Assembly (NCBI RefSeq): GCF_039525035.1
Contig: NZ_BAAAHE010000011.1
Span: 100,270 to 124,269, forward strand
Origin: Sporichthya brevicatena
GTDB lineage: Bacteria > Actinomycetota > Actinomycetes > Sporichthyales > Sporichthyaceae
DNA: 24,000 bases
Direction: 5' to 3'
Shown here: piece after piece, positions 17,501 through 24,000 of the stretch
How the letters are laid out: every line of letters begins with the position of its first letter
How positions within the stretch are numbered: the first letter of the stretch is position 1
Notes under the pieces: model-generated
Seen by the model: only the letters and a program-made list of their open reading frames with translations
Databases searched by the model: none
What the model was told of the DNA's origin: nothing
Made by a program: the position numbers and the translations under genes

Positions 17501-18261
17501 GACGTCCCCCGCTGCGCCACCAGTTCCAGTTGCCGCATCAGATCGGCCTCCAGCCGTGTCACCTCGAACTCGGTCAGGCGGTCGCACGCGAAGTCCCAGT
17601 GCAGCGCCACGAGGTCGCCCTCGACGGGGTCGGCGACGAAGGCGTCACCGTCGACCCGGTAGTCCACCCGACGGTCGTACTCCGCGCTCAGGCTCAGCCG
17701 CCCGTCGGTGAGGTCCAGTCGGCGCGTGCGCACGGTCAACTGGTCCGCGTGGACGGCGATGACCCGGCCCCAGCCGATCCGGCAGGACTCCAGGACGTGC
17801 AGCGGCTCCGGGCGGCCGGCGTCGAGCAGCCGGGACCATGGGTACACCCCGAAGACGTGGAAGGTGTGCGAGGGCGCCACCTCCGCACTCAGGTCCTCCG
17901 ACAGGTGCGGCCAGTAGTGCCCGGCCTGCGCACGGAGGTTGCTCAGCAGAACCTCGGCGAACTGCTCGCGCGGCAGCTCGTCGGTCAACTGGTTACCCAC
18001 CCAGTACCCGCGGACCACGTCCGGGTCCATGGGCGAACGGCCCGTCAGATTCGCGATGGTCTCCTGGTACGGCCACGCCCCCGAGAAGCGTCGCGCGGCG
18101 GCCTCGACCGCAGCGGGCTCGTCCTGACCGCAGGCGGCCCGAGCGAGCACCGCGGCCCCGGCCGGGCCGCAGTACCCGAGCGCGTTCGGGCCGTGCGCGT
18201 ACCGGGCGAACAGCACGGATCCGCTGACGCCCTCGGCGAGGAGCCGGTCAGCGCGCGGCAC
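17497..18261 (-). CDS. Hypothetical protein (254 aa, 'X3'): unknown N-terminal domain + C-terminal HypC-like domain
   Basis: The proposed GTG start (complement 18261-18259) overlaps the hypD 3' end by 14 nt. The upstream part of track ORF 17497..18669 is an out-of-frame shadow of hypD. The N-terminal region reads LFARYAHGPNALGYCGP...HVFGVYPWSRLL. The C-terminal region, SCRIGWGRVIAV...VEGDLVALHWDFACDRLTEFEVTRLEADL, parallels HypC (MCLGIPGQVVEV...VGDWVLVHVGFAMALIDEAEA). The exact start is uncertain. Confidence 0.65.
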   Translation of the reverse strand: MPRADRLLAEGVSGSVLFARYAHGPNALGYCGPAGAAVLARAACGQDEPAAVEAAARRFSGAWPYQETIANLTGRSPMDPDVVRGYWVGNQLTDELPREQFAEVLLSNLRAQAGHYWPHLSEDLSAEVAPSHTFHVFGVYPWSRLLDAGRPEPLHVLESCRIGWGRVIAVHADQLTVRTRRLDLTDGRLSLSAEYDRRVDYRVDGDAFVADPVEGDLVALHWDFACDRLTEFEVTRLEADLMRQLELVAQRGTS

Positions 18262-19381
18262 CCGCGCCCACCATCTGCGCGGTCTCGCGGTGCAGCCGCC
18301 CGAAGTTGTAGTACGCGGCGCACGCGCCCTCGGAGGACACCATGCACGTGCCGATCGGGGTGGCCGGTGTGCACGCCGTGCCGAAGACCTTGCACTCCCA
18401 CGGGCGGATGACCCCCTTGAGCACCTCGCCGCACTGGCACGCCTTCGGGTCGGCCACCCGGACGCCGGGCATGCCGTAGCGTGCCTCGGCGTCGAACTGC
18501 GCGAGGTCCGAGCGCACCCGCAGCGCGCTTTGGGAGATGAAGCCGAGACCTCGCCACTCGAAGTGCGGACGCAGCTCGAACGTGCGCGCCAGCAGCTCCA
18601 GCGCGGCCGGGTTGCCCTCGGGCCGGACCACGCGGCTGTACTGGTTCTCCACCTCGCACCGGCCCTCACGGATCTGCGTGAGCAGCATGTGCACGGACGC
18701 GAGGATGTCGAGCGGCTCGAACCCGGCCACGACGATCGGCAGGCCGTACTGCTTCGGGATGAACTCGTAGGGCCGCGTGCCGACGACGGTCGAGACGTGG
18801 CCCGGGCCGAGGAACCCGTTGAGGCGCATGTCCGGCGAGTCGAGGATCGCCTTGATCGGCGGGACGATCGTGACGTGGTTGGAGAAGACGCTGAAGTTCG
18901 TCACGCCCAGGTCGCCGGCACGCATCAGGGTCACCGCGGTCGAGGGAGCCGTGGTCTCGAAGCCGACCGCGAAGAAGACCACCTCGCGGTCCGGGTTCTC
19001 CACCGCGATCTTCAGCGCGTCGAGCGGTGAGTAGACGAACCGCACGTCGGCGCCGCGGGCCTTGGCGTCGAGCAGGCTGCCGTTCGAGCCCGGCACCCGC
19101 ATCATGTCGCCGAACGTCGTGAAGATGACGTTCGGCTGCTCCGCCAGCCAGATGGCGTCGTCGACGCGACCCATGGGGATCACGCAGACCGGGCAGCCCG
19201 GCCCGTGCACGAGCTCCACGTTCGACGGCAGGAGGTGCTCGAGGCCGTGCCGGTAGATCGTGTGCGTGTGGCCACCGCAGACCTCCATGAACGCGAACCT
19301 GTCCTCGCCCGCCAGGTCGGCGATGGCGGCGACCAGGCTGCGCGCCGCCGCGGGGTCACGGAACTCGTCGACGAACTTCAT
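18248..19381 (-). CDS. hypD: [NiFe]-hydrogenase maturation protein HypD
   Basis: The protein has MKFVDEFRD, MEVCGGHTH, HGPGCPVCV, FFAVGFETTAP, GPGHVS, and the C-terminal Cys cluster ...CQCGEVLKG...CKVFGTACTPATPIGTCMVSSEGACAAYY. Confidence 0.95.
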   Translation of the reverse strand: MKFVDEFRDPAAARSLVAAIADLAGEDRFAFMEVCGGHTHTIYRHGLEHLLPSNVELVHGPGCPVCVIPMGRVDDAIWLAEQPNVIFTTFGDMMRVPGSNGSLLDAKARGADVRFVYSPLDALKIAVENPDREVVFFAVGFETTAPSTAVTLMRAGDLGVTNFSVFSNHVTIVPPIKAILDSPDMRLNGFLGPGHVSTVVGTRPYEFIPKQYGLPIVVAGFEPLDILASVHMLLTQIREGRCEVENQYSRVVRPEGNPAALELLARTFELRPHFEWRGLGFISQSALRVRSDLAQFDAEARYGMPGVRVADPKACQCGEVLKGVIRPWECKVFGTACTPATPIGTCMVSSEGACAAYYNFGRLHRETAQMVGAGAAR

Positions 19382-19686
19382 CGGACACTCCCTTCGGGAA
19401 GCGCGCCGCTGGCGGCGCCGAAATCGGAGGACGCGAACGCGGCTATCTCGTCGACGTACTCCTGGCCCATGCGCTGGACCTGGTCAAGGGTCGCCTTGGC
19501 CTCGGCCTCGTCGATGAGCGCCATCGCGAAGCCGACGTGCACCAGGACCCAGTCCCCCACGTCCGGGGGCTGGGCGGCGAGCAGGCGAGTGCTGATCACG
19601 CGGCGTACGCCACTGACGTCGACCTTCGCGAGATGACCGGCGGCGTCGACGACCTCGACGACCTGACCGGGGATCCCCAGGCACAT
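19378..19686 (-). CDS. hypC: HypC/HybG/HupF-family hydrogenase chaperone (copy 2, 102 aa)
   Basis: The protein starts MCLGIPGQVVEV (N-terminal Cys2) and contains DVGDWVLVHVGFAMALIDEAEA. AAGGAG lies 6 nt upstream of the ATG. Its stop overlaps the hypD start (ATGA). Confidence 0.9.
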   Translation of the reverse strand: MCLGIPGQVVEVVDAAGHLAKVDVSGVRRVISTRLLAAQPPDVGDWVLVHVGFAMALIDEAEAKATLDQVQRMGQEYVDEIAAFASSDFGAASGALPEGSVR

Positions 19687-19737
19687 GACGCGCTCCTTCT
19701 GACGTTCCGACAGATACTGCTGGCGATCAGCGGGTGA

Positions 19738-20835
19738 TCAGCAGATGCGGGGCAGCGGGTCGCCGACGAGCATGTCGACGATCCGGGTGCCGCCGAACGG
19801 GGTCCGCATGGCGACCATGCCGCCGGGGTTCTCGACGATCTCGCCGACCACCGCCGCGGATCCGCCGCCGGCGGTCTCGCGCAGCGCGACGACCGCCGCC
19901 TCGGCCTCCTCGGGCGCGACGATCGCGGTGAACACGCCCTCGTTCGCGACGTGGACCGGGTCGATGCCGAGCATGTCGCAGGCGCCGAGCACGGCCGGCG
20001 CCACCGGCAGCAGACCCTCGTCGAGCACGACCCCGAGCCCGGTCTGACCGGCGAGCTCGTTGCAGACCGTGGCCAGGCCCCCACGGGTGGCGTCGCGCAT
20101 CCAGCGGGTCGACGGGGCGGCCACCAGCAGGGCGGCCACCTGCTCGTGCAGCGCCATGGTGTCCGAGCTGATGTCGGCCTCGATGTCCAGGTTGCCGCGG
20201 GCGAGCATCACCGCCATGCCGTGGGCGCCGAGCGGACCGGACACGACGACGCGGTCGCCGGCCCGGACCCGGTCGGCCGCGAGCGAGACGCCCGCCGGGA
20301 CGACGCCGACACCCGCCGTGGAGATGTACAGCCCGTCGGCCGTGCCGCGGGGCACGACCTTGGTGTCGCCGGTGACGACGTGGACGCCGGCGTTCGCGGC
20401 CGCCTCGCGCATGTCGGCGACGATCCGCTTGAGGTCCTCGACCGGGAAGCCCTCCTCCAGCACGAAGGCGGCGGAGAGCCACTGCGGCACGGCCCCGGAG
20501 ACGGCGAGGTCGTTGACCGTCCCGTGCACGGCGAGGTGCCCGATCGAGCCGCCCGGGAAGAACAGCGGCTGCACGACGAAGGAGTCGGTCGAGAAGGCGA
20601 GCCGTTCCCCCGACGGCAGTTCCAGGACCGCCCCGTCCCCCAGGTTCTCCAGCTCGGGGTTGCGGAACGCCTCGACGAAGACGTGGTCGATCAGGGCCGC
20701 CGAGGACTTGCCGCCGGCCCCGTGCGCCATCGTCACGACGGAGTCGGTGAACCGCGGGCGGCGCTTACGGAACTCCTCGATGCGCAGGAGCATCCGCCCC
20801 TCGGCGTCGACCTGGGTCGCTGGATCCGGGGACAT
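19738..20835 (-). CDS. hypE: [NiFe]-hydrogenase maturation protein HypE
   Basis: The protein starts MSPDPATQ... It has an AIR-synthase-like fold signature (MAHGAGGKSS, HGTVNDLAVSGA, VTGDTKV) and the C-terminal PRIC motif. The start is the ATG at complement 20835-20833, sharing 1 nt with the upstream stop (TGATG). The first 246 codons of track ORF 19738..21573 are a shadow over the SIS gene. Confidence 0.95.
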   Translation of the reverse strand: MSPDPATQVDAEGRMLLRIEEFRKRRPRFTDSVVTMAHGAGGKSSAALIDHVFVEAFRNPELENLGDGAVLELPSGERLAFSTDSFVVQPLFFPGGSIGHLAVHGTVNDLAVSGAVPQWLSAAFVLEEGFPVEDLKRIVADMREAAANAGVHVVTGDTKVVPRGTADGLYISTAGVGVVPAGVSLAADRVRAGDRVVVSGPLGAHGMAVMLARGNLDIEADISSDTMALHEQVAALLVAAPSTRWMRDATRGGLATVCNELAGQTGLGVVLDEGLLPVAPAVLGACDMLGIDPVHVANEGVFTAIVAPEEAEAAVVALRETAGGGSAAVVGEIVENPGGMVAMRTPFGGTRIVDMLVGDPLPRIC

Positions 20836-21509
20836 CACGCACCTCCGTTGACGTGGGCCGGTGACGACAGGGTTTCCTGGACGGTCGACCACAGGTGCCA
20901 GGCGAGGTGCGCCTGTGCTTCCTGGATCCGGTGCACGCTCTGCGACGCGACGGTGAAGCTGAAGTCCACGTCGTCGCTGACGCCGAGGCGGCCACCGTCG
21001 TAGCCGGAGAACGAGATCGTGAGCATCCCGCGCCGCCGGGCCTCGCCCATCGCGACGACGAGGTCCTCCGAGCAGCCGGACGTGGACAGCGCGAGCGCGA
21101 TGTCGGTCGAGCGGCCGCAGGCGACGAGCTGCCGGGCGAACACGAGGTCGAAACCGACGTCGTTGCTGAGCGCGGTGAGGATCGCCTGGTCGTCGGACAG
21201 GCACCAGGCGGGCAGCGACTGGCCGCGCGGTGCCCGCGCGAACAGCGACGCCACGGTGGTCGCATCGGTCGAGGAGCCGCCGTTGCCGAACGTGTAGAGG
21301 CGGCCGCCGGCCCGGAACCGGGCCACCATGGCCTGCGCCGCCGCGCCGATCCTCTCGGCGTGCTCGGCCACGGTCCGCCGCTGCAGCGCAGAGCTCTCGT
21401 CGATCTTCGCGCGGGCCGACGCCGCCAGGTCGGCCAGCAGCTTCTCGGGGTTGTCCTCGCTGGCGTCGAGGAACGGGTAGAGGAAGCCGGTCTCGTTCAC
21501 CGCGGTCAT
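20835..21509 (-). CDS. SIS-domain protein, GmhA/DiaA-like (phosphoheptose-isomerase-like), hyp-operon embedded ('X2')
   Basis: The protein is collinear with GmhA. It has YTFGNGGSSTDATTVASLF (compare CGNGGSHCDAMHFAEEL), LSNDVGFDLVFARQL, DIALALSTSGCSEDLV, ISFSGYDGG and VHRIQEAQAHLAWHLW. Its start overlaps the stop of the upstream gene (ATGA). Confidence 0.85.
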   Translation of the reverse strand: MTAVNETGFLYPFLDASEDNPEKLLADLAASARAKIDESSALQRRTVAEHAERIGAAAQAMVARFRAGGRLYTFGNGGSSTDATTVASLFARAPRGQSLPAWCLSDDQAILTALSNDVGFDLVFARQLVACGRSTDIALALSTSGCSEDLVVAMGEARRRGMLTISFSGYDGGRLGVSDDVDFSFTVASQSVHRIQEAQAHLAWHLWSTVQETLSSPAHVNGGA

Positions 21510-22228
21510 GACGGGCTCCCCACGCGCGCCAGCGCGAAGCCGGCGTGGACGAGGAGCAGGTCGCCGATCGCAACCTCGCCGACGAGGGTCACGTCGACCT
21601 CCTCGCTGCCCAGACCGGCACGCACCCGCGCAGCCTCACCCGGACCGAGCGGCGGGGTGACGACCTCACCGAGGCGGCCCTCGTCACTGCACGTGATGCA
21701 CGTACCCTCGGCGGTCGGCGGCTCCGGTTCGAGCAGCCCCGGGTGCTCGAAGCAGACGTGGGTCAGTTCCCAGAGCAGGTGGTAGAGCCGGACGTAGCCG
21801 CCGGCCAGCGGTGCGGCCGGGTCGTCGGTGTCGAGCCAGAGCACGTGGTCGGCCGCGCCAGGCTCGGGCCGCACACCGGAACCGATCCACACGGTGGTCA
21901 GACCCCACGCCGGCGCGCGGAGCAGCAGGTCGCGGGCGACGGGGTCGTCGGCGCGGGCGATGACGCAGAGCAGGTCTCCCGCCTGGGTGAGGACGCGGGC
22001 CTGGGCGGCACGGTCAGCCTCGGCGAGAACGAACGCGGGCAGGGCACGCGTGCCGACGATGACCGGGTGCACGAACTCCACCGCGACGTGGTGGGCGTGC
22101 GAGGGCCAGTCGGGCGCCGCGACCCACAGCGTCGCGCCGGCGTGGAACCGGCGAGCCATCGCGAGCGCGGCCGCCGCCAGGTCCTCGGACAGTGCGGCGT
22201 CGGAGACGGGCGGGAGCGTCGCGGTCAT
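21506..22228 (-). CDS. Fusion protein ('X1', 240 aa): degenerate SIS-like N-terminal domain + C-terminal HypC-like domain
   Basis: The ATG at complement 22228-22226 overlaps the stop of the preceding hypC (ATGA). The N-terminal part is GmhA-like in layout (RFHAGATLWVAAPDWPSHAHHVAVEFVHP...GDLLCVIARADDP...VWIGSG...YVRLYHLLWELTHVCFE), but the GNGGS loop is replaced by AAPDWPS. The C-terminal part, TCITCSDEGRLGEVV...EVDVTLVGEVAIGDLLLVHAGFALARV, parallels HypC. I trimmed the track ORF 21506..22468. Confidence 0.75.
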   Translation of the reverse strand: MTATLPPVSDAALSEDLAAAALAMARRFHAGATLWVAAPDWPSHAHHVAVEFVHPVIVGTRALPAFVLAEADRAAQARVLTQAGDLLCVIARADDPVARDLLLRAPAWGLTTVWIGSGVRPEPGAADHVLWLDTDDPAAPLAGGYVRLYHLLWELTHVCFEHPGLLEPEPPTAEGTCITCSDEGRLGEVVTPPLGPGEAARVRAGLGSEEVDVTLVGEVAIGDLLLVHAGFALARVGSPS

Positions 22229-22470
22229 GACTCGCTCATCTCGTCGAGCAGGCCGAACTCCTGCATGAGGCCGACGGTGCGCTCGGCCTCCTCCGGCGTC
22301 ACCCGGGTGAGCGCGTACCCCGCGTGGACGATGACGTAGTCCCCGACGGCGAGATCGGGCAGGTAGTCGAGGCACACGGCGCGCGACTCCCCCACGAAAT
22401 CGACGTCGGCCATGACTCGTCCTCCGCCGGACTCGATCGATGTGATGCGACCGGGCACCGCAAGACACAT
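22225..22470 (-). CDS. hypC: HypC/HybG/HupF-family hydrogenase chaperone (copy 1, 81 aa)
   Basis: The protein starts MCLAVPGRITSI and contains AVGDYVIVHAGYALTRVTPEEAE. Its ATG lies 1 nt after the hypF stop. Confidence 0.9.
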   Translation of the reverse strand: MCLAVPGRITSIESGGGRVMADVDFVGESRAVCLDYLPDLAVGDYVIVHAGYALTRVTPEEAERTVGLMQEFGLLDEMSES

Positions 22471-22471
22471 C

Positions 22472-24000
22472 TCAGTCCCTCCTTCCCTTGCGCAGCATTG
22501 CTCGGGCGACGACGGCCTGGCCTAGGGCCAGTCCACCGTCGTTACCGGGAATCCGACTGTGCGTCAGCACATCCAGGTCGCGGCGGGCCAGCGCCCGCGC
22601 GAGGTCACGCGCCAGGATGCGGTTGGCGAACACTCCACCCGAGATCCCGACGGTGCGCACTCCGGTCCGGTCGGCCGTCGCCGTCAGCAGCTCGACCGTC
22701 GCAGCGGTGAGCGCCTCGTGGAAGCCGAGCGCGATGTTCGGCACCGGCACACCGGCGTCGCGGGCCGCCACGACCGCCGCCACGAGGGGGCCGACCAGGA
22801 TTCGGCCGTCGACGACCGGCGCCGACAGCGGATGGGCGGCGCTCGCCGTCGCGGCCGCGGCCTCGAGTTCGATCGCCGCCTGCGCCTCGTACGTGATCGC
22901 GTGCCGGACGCCCAGCAGGGAGGCGACACCGTCGAACAGCCGGCCCACGCTGCTGGTCGGCACGCACGCGATGCCGGAGCGGAGCTGGCTGCGCACCGCC
23001 GCCACGGCGGCCTCGGGCACCCCGGCCGGCGTCCAGTCCCGGCCGGCCAGACCGGCGTGGTGGAGAAGGGCGAGCGCGACACGGAACGGCTGGCGGACCG
23101 CCACGTCGCCACCGGGCAACGGGAACTCCTCCAGGTGGCCGACGCGCTCGGCGGTCGTGACGTCCTCGCCGATCGCGAGGATCTCCCCGCCCCACACGTG
23201 GCGGTCGCAGCCGAGGCCGGTGCCGTCGAAGACCGCCCCGATCACCGGGCGGCCGACCCGGCCGTGCTCGGCGAGCAGGGACGCGAGGTGCGCGTGGTGG
23301 TGCTGAACCGGCAGCAGCGGCAGGTTCTCGGCCTCGGCCCGCTCCGCCGCCCAGCGACTGGTGAGGAAGCCGGGGTGCAGGTCGGCGGCGACGGCCTGCG
23401 GCGGCACGCCGTGCAGCGCGATCAGGTGGTCGACCGAGCGGAGGAACGCCTCGCGCGCCTCCAGCGTCGACATGTCACCGAGGTGCGCGGAGGTGTAGGC
23501 GTTCGGCCCGGCGGCGATCGTGATCGTGTTCTTCAGTTCCGCACCGACCGCGAGCACCACGGTGTCCGTCGCGGGGATCTCGGTCGGCAACGGGGCCATC
23601 CCCCGCGAACGGCGGAGCACGACCTCGACGTCCGGCCGCACCCCGTCCTCGATGCGGACGATGGAGTCCTCGCACGGCACGGCGATCGGGCGGTCGTTGA
23701 TGAGGAATGCGTCGGCGATGCCGGCCATGCGGGTCCGCGCGTCGTCGTCCTGCCAGCACAGGGGCTCGCCGGACAGGTTCGCCGACGTCATCACGAGGAC
23801 GTCGGGCGGCGGCACGTCGGAGCCGGGCACCGACGCGAACAGCAGGTGGTGCAGCGGCGTGTAGGGCAGCATCAGGCCGAGTTCGTCGAGGCGGGGCGCG
23901 ACCGCGTCGACGATCCCGCTCCCGGGCCGCCGGCGCAGCAGCACGATCGGCGCGGCGGTGGAGGTCAGCGCGCGCTCGGCTGCGCTGCCGACCTCCACCA
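22472..24000 (-). CDS. hypF: Carbamoyltransferase HypF, C-terminal portion (gene continues beyond the window)
   Basis: The YrdC-like region reads LPYTPLHHLL...LVMTSANLSGEPL. The Kae1/HypF C-terminal region reads LAVGAELKNT...HLGD...VQHHHAHLAS...FDGTGLGCD..VWGGE...GISGGVFAN..L. The frame is open to the window edge, so the apparent start at 23998 is an artefact. Confidence 0.93.
   Translation of the reverse strand, partial: VEVGSAAERALTSTAAPIVLLRRRPGSGIVDAVAPRLDELGLMLPYTPLHHLLFASVPGSDVPPPDVLVMTSANLSGEPLCWQDDDARTRMAGIADAFLINDRPIAVPCEDSIVRIEDGVRPDVEVVLRRSRGMAPLPTEIPATDTVVLAVGAELKNTITIAAGPNAYTSAHLGDMSTLEAREAFLRSVDHLIALHGVPPQAVAADLHPGFLTSRWAAERAEAENLPLLPVQHHHAHLASLLAEHGRVGRPVIGAVFDGTGLGCDRHVWGGEILAIGEDVTTAERVGHLEEFPLPGGDVAVRQPFRVALALLHHAGLAGRDWTPAGVPEAAVAAVRSQLRSGIACVPTSSVGRLFDGVASLLGVRHAITYEAQAAIELEAAAATASAAHPLSAPVVDGRILVGPLVAAVVAARDAGVPVPNIALGFHEALTAATVELLTATADRTGVRTVGISGGVFANRILARDLARALARRDLDVLTHSRIPGNDGGLALGQAVVARAMLRKGRRD

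Noticed and set aside
18262-18669. An N-terminal 136-codon extension of X3 (track ORF 17497..18669)
   Set aside because: The extension overlaps hypD in another frame and is Arg/Ala/Ser-rich low complexity. A GTG at 18261, just inside the hypD 3' end, gives a conventional coupled start.
19738-21573. A single 611-aa ORF suggesting a giant HypE fusion
   Set aside because: Only the last 365 codons are HypE, starting at MSPDPATQ with the ATG at 20835. The upstream 246 codons are Arg/Gly-rich and overlap, out of frame, the well-supported SIS gene (20835-21509).

Overview
This is a very GC-rich window with strong GC3 bias, typical of actinomycete DNA, and it is almost entirely coding. I saw no rRNA, tRNA, CRISPR array, transposase or integrase. 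Most long ORFs in the supplied track are antisense or out-of-frame shadows with Arg/Gly/Pro-rich low-complexity translations. I re-derived start codons by hand where needed.

The window falls into three blocks.

(1) 1-4560: regulators and accessory genes. These are a partial RsbW-like HATPase + GAF signalling protein, an SDR oxidoreductase, a 335-aa protein of unknown function, and a divergent pair of TetR regulators.

(2) 4561-16298: a nearly complete Calvin-Benson-Bassham (cbb) gene set split into three transcription units.
- tkt on the minus strand.
- Class I fba plus class 1 fbp on the minus strand.
- cbbL-cbbS-cbbX-LysR(cbbR)-prk-rpe on the plus strand.
- A GAF-histidine kinase / NarL-type response regulator pair sits between tkt and fbp.
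The RuBisCO is red-type form I and has its cognate AAA+ activase CbbX.

(3) 16429-24000: a small putative membrane ORF, then a minus-strand [NiFe]-hydrogenase maturation operon. Its order is hypF(partial)-hypC-X1-X2-hypE-hypC-hypD-X3-X4, and the genes are tightly translationally coupled.

The most interesting content is the four non-canonical hyp-embedded genes.
- X1 is a degenerate SIS domain fused to a HypC-like domain.
- X2 is a GmhA-like SIS protein.
- X3 is an unknown N-terminal domain fused to another HypC-like domain.
- X4 has no recognisable motif.
The operon therefore carries four HypC-like domains, and two of them have an internal rather than N-terminal cysteine.

The adjacency of cbb and hyp genes suggests an H2-driven CO2-fixation island. 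All functional calls come from motif recognition by eye, and no database search was possible.
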